A stretch of DNA of 64,000 nucleotides from NCBI GenBank assembly GCA_963845755.1, contig CAWJTV010000036.1, forward strand, positions 1 through 64,000, written 5' to 3'. Below the pieces are notes generated by a model. It was not told the origin of the DNA, ran no database searches, and saw only the letters and a list, made by a program, of their open reading frames with translations. The translations under genes and the position numbers were made by a program. Shown one piece after another: positions 24,237 through 35,342 of the stretch (its first letter is position 1; each line of letters starts with the position of its first letter). The stretch is from an uncultured Planctomycetota bacterium (GTDB lineage Bacteria; Planctomycetota; Planctomycetia; Isosphaerales; Isosphaeraceae).

Positions 24237-26224
24237 TCAACGACCCAGAAGCGCCATCGCGGTGATGGCGAAGAAGAAGACGCCACATCCGATCAATCCG
24301 AGCTGCATCACCAGGTTCGGGCGCAGCTCGCGCGGCAGGAGCGTGCGGTTGACGTACAAGGTATGGAACGCCGAGAAGCCCAGCGCGACATTGCCCAGGA
24401 CCGCCCCGACAATGGCAATCTGGAGCGGGGAGAGCAGTGCGAGCGTGATCGTGCCCCAGACCGCGTAGATCGAGAGGAGCGAGTAATAGATCACACCGGA
24501 CCTGGTTGCCCGCGAGCTTCTTGACCCGACGGCTGGTTGCCCAGAGGATGTCGGTCCAATGCCTGGCCAGTAGGTCGCCCGAATACACGGCACAGGGGGC
24601 CAGCGTGAGGAAGCCGACGAAGAGCACGAACGACCAGATCGGGCGGGCGTAGTCCGGGAACCGCGCCGCCATCCCCTGGGCGGTCATCGCCGCGACCCTG
24701 TGGTCGGAGACCGGGGTGTTTCGTAAGAATTCCAGCGAGAGCATACAGGGCAGCGCCAGGCCGACGACGCTGCACAGCATCCAGACGGCGACCTGATCGC
24801 GCACGATGTGGCGGAACCACCCCTTCCAGTGTTTCAGCGTCGTCGGTGTGATGGGGAAGACCATTCCGACGTGCGAGAGCGTCGATCGACCGACCGCCGA
24901 TCGCGCTGGGAATCGCGCCGACCTTGGCCCCCATTCCCCAGCCCTTATCGCGAGCGTAGTTCGAGAACAGGGCGTTGGACAGTCCGCCCGCCCCCGCGAT
25001 CGCGGCGAACGCCGCCAGCAGGGACCAGTCGACGTCCGGGAGGCGGCCGTGCCGCCACCAGAAACCCAGCAGCCCGACTCTCTCGAAACCCTGATTGGCA
25101 ACCCAGGCACGAATCTTACTCGGAATAGGGCGCCGGGGCGTCTTCCGGGTGTTCGAAGACACGCGTCTCCGAGCCTTCCGTGATGCGGACCCGGCTGGGC
25201 TGCCAGGTTTGGTCGGAGCGGATACTCCCTTCGACGCTGACCCTGGTCCCGGTGGCAGGGTCGACCGACTCGACGAAAAAGCCGCCGCGACGAGCGAGCG
25301 CCGTCGCTCGCTCCGTGAGCCGCGCGAATCGGCCTTCGAGACCCGGGTTCGTCGGGGAGCCTGGCTCGCCGTTTCAAACCGTCGGGAGGAATCGCCGTCG
25401 CGAACGATGAACGCCGTGACGACGGGCCGGCCCTCCTCGAGAGTCCCCTGCACCGTGTACTCGGACGAGCCGTCTCGCTCTCGAAGTGAAAAATGCGGGG
25501 CGGAAATGACGGTGTCGGCACGGACGGCCACCGACCCGACACGGAAGAAGCCGGAGACGATTTCGTAGAAGTTGCGCGCGGAAACCATGAACAGCCCGAC
25601 GAAAAGCGAGAAACCCGAAGACGACCACGAGCTTGACCAGCATCAGGCGTTCGAGCATCGAAGCGATCTTTCCCCCGAAGATCAGCGGCAAGAAGCAGAC
25701 AAAGAAGACCACATAGCCGAGCACCTTGACGAGCATGACCTCGGACACGGTCGCGCCCGCCACGCGAACCACGCCGCTGCCCGGCAGGTGCCCGATCATG
25801 GCCGAGGCCAGCGGCACCGCCGCGTTGGATGCCATGAACGGCCAGATGTGCGCCAGGAACAGGGTCATGTAACAGAGCAGCCAGAACCGGGGCCCGGGCG
25901 GGTTCGGAAGAACCCGATGAAGATCGGTTCACCGCAATAGAGGGCGTAACGCATCACCTCCAGGTTGTAGACGACCTGGAAAACAATGCTGAATGTGGCG
26001 AGCCAGAGGAAGGTGCCACCGTACTGGGCCGTGACCGCGGGACCAAAGAGCCACTCTCCCGCCCCGACCGCGGAACCCGCAACCAGGACCCCGGGACCGA
26101 TCAGCTCGGCCCAGTGCCGACGATCGAGTGCCGGCGGCGGCATCAGGTCGCCGACCTGCCAGGGCGCGATCGACTCCGCCGGCGCTGAGGCAGCGTCGGT
26201 GGCCGGTAGGATTGACCGATTCAT
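24237..26224 (-). CDS. Nramp-like (APC superfamily) membrane transporter with a soluble insertion, multiple frameshifts
   Basis: IGPGVLVAGSAVGAGEWLFGP, EVMRYALYCGEP, SNYARDKGWGMG, DQVAVW, HTLYVNRTLLP; many hydrophobic segments. Confidence 0.72.
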
Positions 26225-26337
26225 ACAGACCTCGCGATTGGTTGGACCTGGTCTGTTAACGACCCCGGACAGATTCCGTCCCAATGCCATCAGACAGGTG
26301 AAGTCGCTCTCGTTCCAGGGCCAAGTCGGGAGATTCG

Positions 26338-26605
26338 AGGAGGAAGTGGTAGCACGTGGCGGCATCGGGGCGCCCGTCCGTTGCGATTACACGGCCGATG
26401 ACGGCGTCGAAGCACTCTTCGAGCGGGTCCGTGCCGAACAGGGGCGACTCGATCTGCTCGTGAATAACGCCTGGGGCGGCTATGAGGACCCTGGCGTCGG
26501 ATCCGGAGATCCTGCAGAAGTCCGGCGGGGTGTTCACCGTCCGCGACCTGGCCCGCGAGTAGGGCTTTCAGGACGTCGATGGTCGTCAGCCACCGCCGTT
26601 CCGGT
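26338..26605 (+). pseudogene. Internally deleted SDR (DHRS1-like) remnant
   Basis: EEVVARGGIGAPVRCDYT...GRLDLLVNNAWGGYE is fused, after a frame change, to the C-terminal motif DPEILQKSGGVFTVRDLARE*GFQDVDGRQP; no start, and an internal stop. Confidence 0.7.
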
Positions 26606-26790
26606 TGCGGGGAAACTCCGCCTGTCCGGACGCACCCGCGGACCCGGCTCGTCGCGGCGGATTTGGGTAGCGAGCGGAACGAGCGATCCCGCTTCTATCA
26701 TCGGAGCACTCGCCCCGGGAAGGGATCAGTCAACGGGATAGGCCCTTATGGGGCGCGCATCGACAATGTGTTGTCGATGTTGTGGAGGTT

Positions 26791-26845
26791 TGTAGGAGGG
26801 GGCTCCGTCCCCCGACCGAGATCGCCGGACGGAGCCGGCTCCTAC
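26791..26845. repeat. REPIN-like inverted pair of GTAGGA-type REPs
   Basis: TGTAGGAGGGGGCTCCGTCCCCCGA ... TCGCCGGACGGAGCCGGCTCCTACA. Confidence 0.75.
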
Positions 26846-26912
26846 ACAAGGCTGCCCCGCAGGGCCACTTTTTCGGGCGCAGTCCCGAAAAAGCAGAGAG
26901 TCTCCTTCCGGA

Positions 26913-27053
26913 GGATCCCTCCGCAGTGCCGCGCATCTGAGGATTCCGAATTGCCGACTCGAGATTCCCGATTCCCGAATCCTTCCCCGTCTGGAATCGG
27001 GAATCTCGAATCGAGAATCCCTCTTGGATTGCGGCCGAAGGCCGCGTCAGGGC
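26913..27053. repeat. Palindromic heptamer-array element, copy 2
   Basis: Same layout as 6377-6513: GATCCCT..GCGCATCTG, GATTCC heptamers, inverted GGAATC heptamers, TTGCGGCCGAAGGCCGCGT. Confidence 0.8.
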
Positions 27054-29018
27054 CCGTAGATATTATTGCCGGTGGTGGAGGCGGAGTTGCCGACGACCTG
27101 CGTGTTCTTGAGCGTGGTGATGGCGCCGGTGGCGAGGAAGAGCCCGCCGCCGTATCCGGAGCCGCCGCCCGAGCCGCCGGTGGCCGAGTTGCCCGAGATC
27201 AACACGCCGGTGAAGCTGGCCGTGCCGGAGATGGCCACGCCGCCGCCGTCGGCGTTGCCGCCGCCCGAGCCGCCGATGGCACTATTGCCGACGATGGACC
27301 CGCCGGTGACCTTGAGGTTATCCGCCTCGCTGTCGATCGCGCCGCCAACGGCGCTGCCTCCTCCGGTGCCGCCCTGGGCCGAGTTCCCCGCGAAGGTGCT
27401 CCCCTGGATTGTCAGCGTCCCCGGGACGAAGCCCCCCTGGCTGTTGAACTCGATCGCCCCGCCGGCCGCGTTGCCCCCCGAGGAACTGCCGACGGCCTTA
27501 TTGCCGGTGAACACACTATTGGTGATCGTGCCCTGCAACAACCCCGAGAGATCCAGTCGCGCCGCCCTCGGCGGAGAAGGGGTCGTTGGCCGTGTTGCCG
27601 ACGAACGCGCTGTTGCTCACCGAGAGGCTCGCGTAGGACCCGGCGGAGATCGCCCCGCCACTGCCGGCCTGGTTGCCCATGAAGGTGGAGCCGGTGATGG
27701 TCAGGTTGTTGACCTCCGACGTGGGGGAATAGAACGAGCCCAGCATGTCGATGGCGCCGCCCGTAGTTGAGGCGCCCGGAGTTCGCGCCGAGTTGTTGGC
27801 GAACACGCTGCTGCTGATCGTCACGTTGGCCGTGAAGGCGAAGATGGCGCCGCCGTTGTACGGGGAGGAGTTCCCCGAGACGGTACTGCCGGTGACGGTC
27901 AACGCCGGGACTGGCCCTGGGTAGTAAGGTGTTCCAGAGATCCAGATGGCGCTGCCGGTGTTGCCGCTGACCGTGCAGGCCGTCAGGTTCACGCTGCCGC
28001 CGCTGCTGTTGATCCCGCCCCCGATGCCGGCCGAGTTGTTCGAGATCTTCGAGCCGGTGAGCGTCACCAGGCTGCCGCCCTGGATGCCGATGCCGCCGCC
28101 CGTCCCGAACGTGGCGGCCGAGTTGCCCGAGATCGTCGAGCCGGTGATCGTCACCGGGCCCCCGAAGTCCTGGATCCCGCCGCCGTTCGTCCCCAAGTTG
28201 CCCGAGATCGTCGAGCCGGTGATCGTCACCGGGCCCGGGGTGGACTCGTTGAACGTGCCGGCATCGATGCCGCCGCCGTCGGCATTGGCCGTGTTGCCCG
28301 AGACCGTCGAGCCGGTGATCGTCAGCGAGCCTGAGGAGGTCTCGACGCCGCCCCCGTAGGCGTTGGCCAAGTTGCCCGAGATCGTCGAGCCGGCGATCGT
28401 CACCGGGGCCCCGAGGCTGGCGATGCCGCCGCCGGAGAACGCCGTGTTGCCCGAGATCGTCGAGCCGGTGACCGTCAGCGGGCCCTCGGTCAGGACGCCG
28501 CCACCCTCGTCGGTGCCGGCCACGGCCGTGTTGCCCGTGATCGAGTCGCCGGAGAGCGTCAGGTTGCCGTAATTGACGATCCCGCCGCCGCCAGCCGCGA
28601 GGTTGGAGACGCCATCGGTGACGGTCAGGCCCGAGATGGTGGCCGTCACGCCGTTCGCGATGTCGAAGACGGACGACTGGTGGTTTCCGCTGACGGTGAC
28701 ATTCTTGGCCCCCGGGCCCTTGATATTGACGCTGGTGCCGACCTGGAGCGGACCGTTCATCAGGTTGATGGTCCCGTAGGCACTAGGGGCGAAGTTGATC
28801 GTGTCGCCCGCATGTGCGGCGCCGAGCTGGGCGCGGAGTGAACCGGTGCCGCCGTCGTTGTCATTGATAACGGTGAGCGTGCTCAAGAGGGCGCGGGCCT
28901 CGAGGGGGAGCAGGTCGGGCCTGAACCCCTGGCGGGGCCGTCTGCGTCCCTTGCCGCCGATGATCGACGACGAGATCGGCGGACGAAGCGAGAACGAGCG
29001 GGAATTCGAGATCGACAT
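27047..29018 (-). CDS. Secreted right-handed beta-helix (PMP-like GGGI/GGAI repeat) protein with planctomycete LEPR-XLL-type N-terminus, frameshift near 27540
   Basis: LLPLEARALLST, GTGSLR, repeated TITGSTISGNxAxxGGGI units; Gly/Ser/Thr/Asn-rich. Confidence 0.85.
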
Positions 29019-29339
29019 CGATAACTCCTTGCTGCGTAATCATGGTCGGGAACGTGAATCCACCCGGTGATCGACGCCATGTCGCGGCGCGCAAGACGAA
29101 CGGGCCCGGGGCCTGCCGGACCTTGGAACCGGTGCGGACTCCGACCGAGGCCGCACCCCGCGTGCGGTCCATTCATGGATTCGGACCAAATTCTATGAGA
29201 AGGGGCCGATCCTTGTCAATCGATCAATCCGAGATGGCACAGTATCCCTCGTCGTGATGATCGGCGTATTCACGAGCTGCCCTGAATGGCCGCCGGGAGC
29301 GTGTACTCGAGCCGGCGCCGCGATTCGGCGAGGGCGGGC

Positions 29340-30755
29340 TCAGGCGAGGATCGCCTCGATGCGCTCGCCGTGGACGTCGGTCAGCCGCATGTCGCGGCCG
29401 CCCCAACGGTAGGTCAGCCGTTTGTGATCCACGCCCAGCAGGTGGAGCATCGTGGCGTGCAGGTCGTGGATCTGGCACCGGCCCTCGACTGCCTTGTATC
29501 CGTACTCGTCCGTGGCCCCGTAAGTCAGCCCGCCCTTGACCCCCCCTCCGGCCAGCCAGACGCTGAACCCGAACGGATTGTGGTCGCGGCCGTCGGCCCC
29601 CTGCGCGAACGGCGTCCGTCCGAACTCGCCGGCGAAGACCACCAGCGTCGTCTCCAGTAATCCGCGACCCTTCAGGTCGCTCAGGAGTGCCCCGATCGGT
29701 CGATCGACGGCGCGGGCGTTGGCATCGTGGTTGTGCTTCAGGTTTCCGTGCGCGTCCCAGGAGTCCGGGTTTCCGGGATACACCGGCATCGTCACCTCGA
29801 CGAACCGCACTCCGCGCTCCACCAGCCGCCGTGCCTTCAGGCAGCTCTCGGCAAACTGCCGGGTCATCGCGTCGGGAGAATCGAGCCCGTAGAGACTCAT
29901 GGTCGTACGCGACTCCCCCGCCAGGCCGAGAAACCCCGGCACGGCCGACTGCATCCGGAATGCCATCTCGTAGTTCGCCACGGCCGACTCCAGTGCGTCG
30001 GCATGCGCGAACCGCGTGGTCACCTCCCGGTCCAGTTCGCGCATCGTCGCGAGCTTGCTCCGCTGGATCCGCGGCGCCGGCTCGAGAGGCTTGATGTAGG
30101 CGACCGGGTCGGTGCCGGCCCGGAAGACCGAGCCCTGGTAGGTGGCCGGCAGGAAACCGTTGTTGAAGCTGTCCGGCCCACCGATCGGCATCTTGCCGCT
30201 ATTCAGGACGACGAAGCCCGGCAGGTCATGGCACTCGCTGCCGAGCCCGTAGGAAACCCACGAGCCCATGCTCGGCTTGCCCTGCTGCCCCGCACCGGTG
30301 TGGAGGAAGTAGTTCGCGGCCGCGTGCTCCGAGAACGCCGAGGTCATCGACCGGATCACCGCGATGTCGTCCATGCGGAGCCGAACGTGCGGGAACAGGT
30401 CGCTGACCGGCGTGCCGCAGGTGCCGCCGGGCCGGAACTTCCACGGCGAGGCGAGGGTCTTGCCGTTGTCGTTGAACTGGGTCGGCTCCGCCTTCATCGT
30501 GAAGCGCCGGCCGTCTTCCCGATCCAGTCGCGGCTTGGGATCGAAGGTGTCCACCTGCGAAGGTCCGCCCTCCATGAAGAGAAAGATGACGCTCCGGGCC
30601 TTCGCCTGGTGATGCGGCGGTCGGTCGGAGTCGGCACCGTAGGCCCGGTCGGACAGGAGAGCAGTCAGGGCCACCGCGCCGAACCCGCCGGCGCAATGGC
30701 GAAGCATCGCGCGGCGGGTTGTCGGGGGTGTGGCGAATCGTCCGCAGTGGTCCAT
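29340..30755 (-). CDS. DUF1501 domain protein
   Basis: [47 protein letters not shown]. Confidence 0.92.
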   Translation of the reverse strand: MDHCGRFATPPTTRRAMLRHCAGGFGAVALTALLSDRAYGADSDRPPHHQAKARSVIFLFMEGGPSQVDTFDPKPRLDREDGRRFTMKAEPTQFNDNGKTLASPWKFRPGGTCGTPVSDLFPHVRLRMDDIAVIRSMTSAFSEHAAANYFLHTGAGQQGKPSMGSWVSYGLGSECHDLPGFVVLNSGKMPIGGPDSFNNGFLPATYQGSVFRAGTDPVAYIKPLEPAPRIQRSKLATMRELDREVTTRFAHADALESAVANYEMAFRMQSAVPGFLGLAGESRTTMSLYGLDSPDAMTRQFAESCLKARRLVERGVRFVEVTMPVYPGNPDSWDAHGNLKHNHDANARAVDRPIGALLSDLKGRGLLETTLVVFAGEFGRTPFAQGADGRDHNPFGFSVWLAGGGVKGGLTYGATDEYGYKAVEGRCQIHDLHATMLHLLGVDHKRLTYRWGGRDMRLTDVHGERIEAILA

Positions 30756-30782
30756 GTCCGGTTCCGTGCTCGGGCCGCGCGG

Positions 30783-33700
30783 TCAGTTCAGAAAGATGAA
30801 TTCCTTGACGTTGATGAGGACATGGGCGAGATCCGCCCAGACCCGCTCGTCGTCGCCCCGTCGATCGGGAGGAACGCCCAGTTCGCCGCCGTGGCTTTCG
30901 AGGAAGCGCAGGGCCGCTTGCAGCTCGGTCTCCGTTGGTGGTCGCGCGTAGGCTTCCCGGTACATCCGACGGACCCGGCCGCTCGCGTCGAGGCCCTCGA
31001 TGGCCAGCACGCGCACGGCCCAGCGCCGGGCCTGCTGGGCGACGAACGGGTCGTTCATCAGGATCAATGCCTGGGCAGGAACGTTCGACACGTCGCGCCG
31101 ACCGGCCGTGACCAGCGGTTGGGGCATGTCGAAGGCGGCCAGGATCGGCGTCGGGAAGTTTCGCCGAACGTTGAGGTAAAGGCTGCGGCGCCCGTCGCCG
31201 TCGAGCGGGCCGCTGGTCCTGGGGCGGCCGTAGCTGTCGGCGTAGTTGTCCATGAACGACGTCAGATGAACCTCGACGCCGGGGCCGCCCATCCGGCCTT
31301 CGAGCCGGCCGGAGACGGCCAGGATCGCGTCGCGGATGGCCTCGGCCTCCAGCCGACGGACGAGCATCCGGTGCAGGAGTCGGTTGTCAGGGTCCCTGGC
31401 GTCCGCCCCGGGCGACGAGCTGCTGGCCATGCGGAACGTGTTGCTGAGGACCAGCTCGCGCACCAACCTCTTGATCGACCAGCCGTCGCGGACGAACCGA
31501 TCGGCGAGGTCGTCGAGCAATTCCGGATGCGAGGGTCGATCACCGAGCGCCCCGAAATTGTCCACGGAAGGGACGAGCCCTCGGCCAAAGACGTGGTGCC
31601 AGATGCGGTTCACCGCGACCCGCGCCGTCAGCGGGTTGGCCGGATCGGCGATCCTCCGGGCGAGATCCAGACGCCCGCTGCCGTCTGCCGGAGCCGCTGA
31701 CCCGTGATCACTTGCCAGCGCCCGGAGAATCCGGCGCGGGGCGGTCGGACCGACCGTCTTCGGGTTGCCGCGGAGGAAGATCTGCTCGTCCTCCGGCGTC
31801 CCTTCGACCATGCCCGGGGCACGCCGGGGCTCGGGGAGTCGGGCCTCGATCTCCCGGAAGGATTTGAGTCGCTCGCCGAGCCTCCCGGTCGCGGGCCCCT
31901 CAAGGTCCAGCACTCCGTGCTCGACGAGCCACGCGAGCAGGCTGGCCCGGGCCTCGGCGTCGATCCGGTCGGGCAAGGACCCGTCGGCCAGCGCCGCGAG
32001 CGATTCGGACACGGCGCGCCCGTAATGTTCGGCCAGCGCGAGCGGCGAATGGATCGGGTCGTCTCCGAGCAGGCCGGTCACCGCCGCAGTCGCCGGCAAG
32101 GCCGGCGATCCTTGATCGGAGAGGAGGACATTTCCGACAGCGACATATCCCTCGGGGCCGCAACCGGCCGGCGGGCCCATGTCGTGGAGGTCTTGCGTCG
32201 TGGAGTCCGCGAACTCGAGGTAGGCGCGTCGGCCTCGCCACATCTCCAGGTCGAATGTATGCCAGCGAGGGGCGTCGTCGTTGAGGATGAACCGAAGCCG
32301 GCCGTAGAGCGGATCCTGGATCATCACGAAGTGTTCGATGACCACGTTCACCCGCGACGCCTTCCCTGCGGCCAGGACGTGCAGGAATCGACGGTCGATG
32401 GAGAACGACGGCGAGCGGAGCGTTCCTTGCAACCGTCGCGAAAGTTGACCGCTGTGGGCCCAGGCTCCGCTTCGAACCAGACTGACGACCGGTCGTATGG
32501 CTTCGGCCCCGAGGAGGATCTCGCCCGGTCGCAACGGCGCCTGGCCGAACGCCTGGTCCTCGACGAACCAGCCTTTGAAGCCCGATCGGCTGAAGTCGGC
32601 CAGGACGATGTCCTTCTCGCGCCGAGGGGCGAGGGCTTTCAAGGCCCGCGTCGCTTCCTGGATCTCTCGCCAGCGCCGCCACAGTCTCGGACGTTGGTCC
32701 GGGCCCGAGATCGGCGATGCGCCGCCAGGCGAACATCGGGTGGCTCGAATCCGAAACGGATTCCTTCGCCGCGTTCACCCACCGCCGTAAGCGATCCGGA
32801 TCGAGGCCCTGGTCTTTGGAAACTCGCGGCAGGTCCTTATCCGATCGGACGCGGAGGGCCGCCAACAGGTAGCGGGGAATCCTCGCGGCGTGCGACGCCC
32901 CTGCTGCGCCGAATGCCCGACCGATCTCGATCCGGAGCGCAGCCATCCGGGCAGCCGCGGCGTCGAGCTCGACGCCGTTCAGCAGCGTCTGTGTATATCG
33001 AGAGCTCTTCAGATAACCATAGAGGCCGTAGTAATCCTCCTGGGTGATCGGGTCGAACTTGTGGTCGTGGCAGCGGGCGCAGGCGATGGTCAGGCCGAGG
33101 AAGGTCTTGCCCATCACGTCGAGGCGGTTGTCGAAGGAGTCCGCCTGGGCCTGCCGCAAGTCGAACGGGCGACCGCTTGCCCTCGCTCATCCAGAAGAAG
33201 GCGGTGGCAAGGACCGATTCGTTGTCGTCGCCGTCGGGGAGATATCGTGGGTCGTCGAGCAGGTCGCCGCCGAGGTGTTCGAGGATGAGCCGATCATAGG
33301 GCAGGTCGGCGTTGAAGGCGCGGACGAGGTAGTCGCGATACCGCCAGGCGTTGGGGATGGGCATGTCGGCTTCATTGCCGAGCGTGTCGCTGTAGCGGAC
33401 GAGATCCATCCAGTGCCGGGCCCATCGCTCGCCGAATCGCGGCGAAGCCAGCAGCCGGTCGGCCACCCGCTCCAGCGCATCGAGCGACTGGTCCTGGAGA
33501 AAGTTCTCGACCTCCTCCGTCGTCGGGGGCAGCCCGAGGAGGGCGAAGTGGATCCGCCGGAGTAACGACCGGCGGTCCGCTGGCGGCGCCGGTCGCAGGC
33601 CGGCGGCGTCGAGCCGGGCGAGAATGAACGGGTCGACGCGGGTCCGCACCCACCCCTCATCCGCGACAGCCGGCGGCGCCGAGGTCCGCACGGGTTGCCA

Positions 33701-34198
33701 GGCCCAGTGTGTGGCCCGCCGATGCCCCATGTCGGGGCGACTCGCCGCCGCGGTCGCCTGAACAACGCTGCCCGACCAGGGGGCTCCCAGCTCGACCCAC
33801 CGCACCAGGTCGGCCACCTGCTCGGCCGACAACCGGCCCCGGGGCGGCATCTGAAGCTCCGGGTTCGCGTACCGGACGGCCTCGATGAGCCGACTCCGTT
33901 CCGGCTGCCCCAGGACCAGGCCCGGGCCACTCTCGCCACCCTTGAGCAGGCCCTCGCGACTATCCACCAGGAGCCCGGCCTTGACCTTCTCGGCCTTCGC
34001 CGAATGGCACCGATAGCAGTGTTCCACCAGCAGCGGCCGCACTCGACTCTCGAAGAAGCTGGCCCCGGCCTCGTCCGTCCCGCCGGCCAGGACGGGGCTG
34101 GCGCAGACGAAGAGCGATGCCACCAGGCATAATTGGCGCGGAAGCAGTCGGCTTCGGAGATCAGGGAGAGGATGTTGAGGCATCATCGGGCGCTTCAT
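30783..34198 (-). CDS. Planctomycete cytochrome c / DUF1549 / DUF1553 protein with an extra central domain, frameshifts near 33160 and 32680
   Basis: [70 protein letters not shown]. Confidence 0.88.
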
Positions 34199-34319
34199 AG
34201 AGCCTGAACGATCGGTTGGAATCATCCGTGCGGCTGTTCCAAGTCTATCCTCGAGAGGATGGCGAGGGAATCACAACCCTGGAATTCCGGACGAGCGAGT
34301 TTCGAGCGAAGGAGATCGC

Positions 34320-35090
34320 ATGAGTCGGCAACTCTTTGATTTGACGGGACGCGTGGCTCTCGTGACCGGGGGCAGCAAGGGACTCGGCAAGGCGATGGCC
34401 CGAGGTTTCGCGGAGGCAGGCGCCGACGTCGTCATCTCCAGCCGACACGAGGACGAACTCCGTTCCACGGCGGCCGAGATCCGCTCGGCCGCGGGCGTGA
34501 GGGTCGCCCATTTCGTCGCCGACATGACGCGCCGCGAGGACGTTCGGCGACTCGCCGACCAGGCGTTCGAGGAGATGGGCCATGTCGACATCCTGGTCAA
34601 CAACGCCGGTACGAATGCCCCGCAGCCGATCGACGAGATCCGCGACGAGGACTGGGACCGGCTCGTCGAGCTGAACCTGAACTCGTGCATGGCCCTGACA
34701 CGCTCGCTGGTCGGGCCGATGAAGGAACGTCAATGGGGGCGGATTATCTACATTTCCTCGATCATGGGATTCACCTCGGCGCCGGGACGAAGTGCGTACT
34801 CGGCCACCAAGAGCGCCCTGACCGGCCTGACTCGTGCCGTCGCGAACGACCTGGGCAGTTTCGGAATCACCGTCAACTGCCTGGCCCCCGGACCGTTCCT
34901 GACAGACCTTCCCGCCAGCCTCTTGACCGAAGCGCAGCGGTCGGCCTTCGCTCAGCGAACGGTCCTGGGCCGCTGGGGGAGTCCCGAGGAGCTGGTGGGA
35001 CCGGCCCTGTTACTGGCGAGCGAGGCGGGAAGCTACATCACCGGCGCGACGCTGGTCGTGGACGGCGGAGCCCTGGTGAAGGCCTTCTGA
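34320..35090 (+). CDS. SDR family oxidoreductase (gluconate 5-dehydrogenase-like)
   Basis: LFDLTGRVALVTGGSKGLG, NNAG, YSATK, VNCLAPG, VDGG. Confidence 0.93.
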   Translation: MSRQLFDLTGRVALVTGGSKGLGKAMARGFAEAGADVVISSRHEDELRSTAAEIRSAAGVRVAHFVADMTRREDVRRLADQAFEEMGHVDILVNNAGTNAPQPIDEIRDEDWDRLVELNLNSCMALTRSLVGPMKERQWGRIIYISSIMGFTSAPGRSAYSATKSALTGLTRAVANDLGSFGITVNCLAPGPFLTDLPASLLTEAQRSAFAQRTVLGRWGSPEELVGPALLLASEAGSYITGATLVVDGGALVKAF

Positions 35091-35197
35091 CACGCGCCTG
35101 TCACGGATTATGACTCCGGCATCCAGGATTCGCACCAATCCTGACAGCCGATTCGGTCCAGCAACCGTCCGTCGCAACTCCCGGAATACAAGCGATC

Positions 35198-35281
35198 AAC
35201 CACGGAATCCACGGGAAGACGCGGAAAAAAGAATGAGGATCTACTTTCCTCTTTCCGTGTCCGTCCGTGTTTTCCGTGGTT
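35198..35281. repeat. Intergenic imperfect palindrome made of ~9-bp CACGGAA-type units
   Basis: AACCACGGAATCCACGGGAAGACGCGGAAA ... TTTCCGTGTCCGTCCGTGTTTTCCGTGGTT, between convergent genes. Confidence 0.65.
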
Positions 35282-35342
35282 AATCGTTTGTGACGATCTT
35301 TCTTCCCGGAGTAATAACCCTGGAATTCCAGCGATACCGGCG

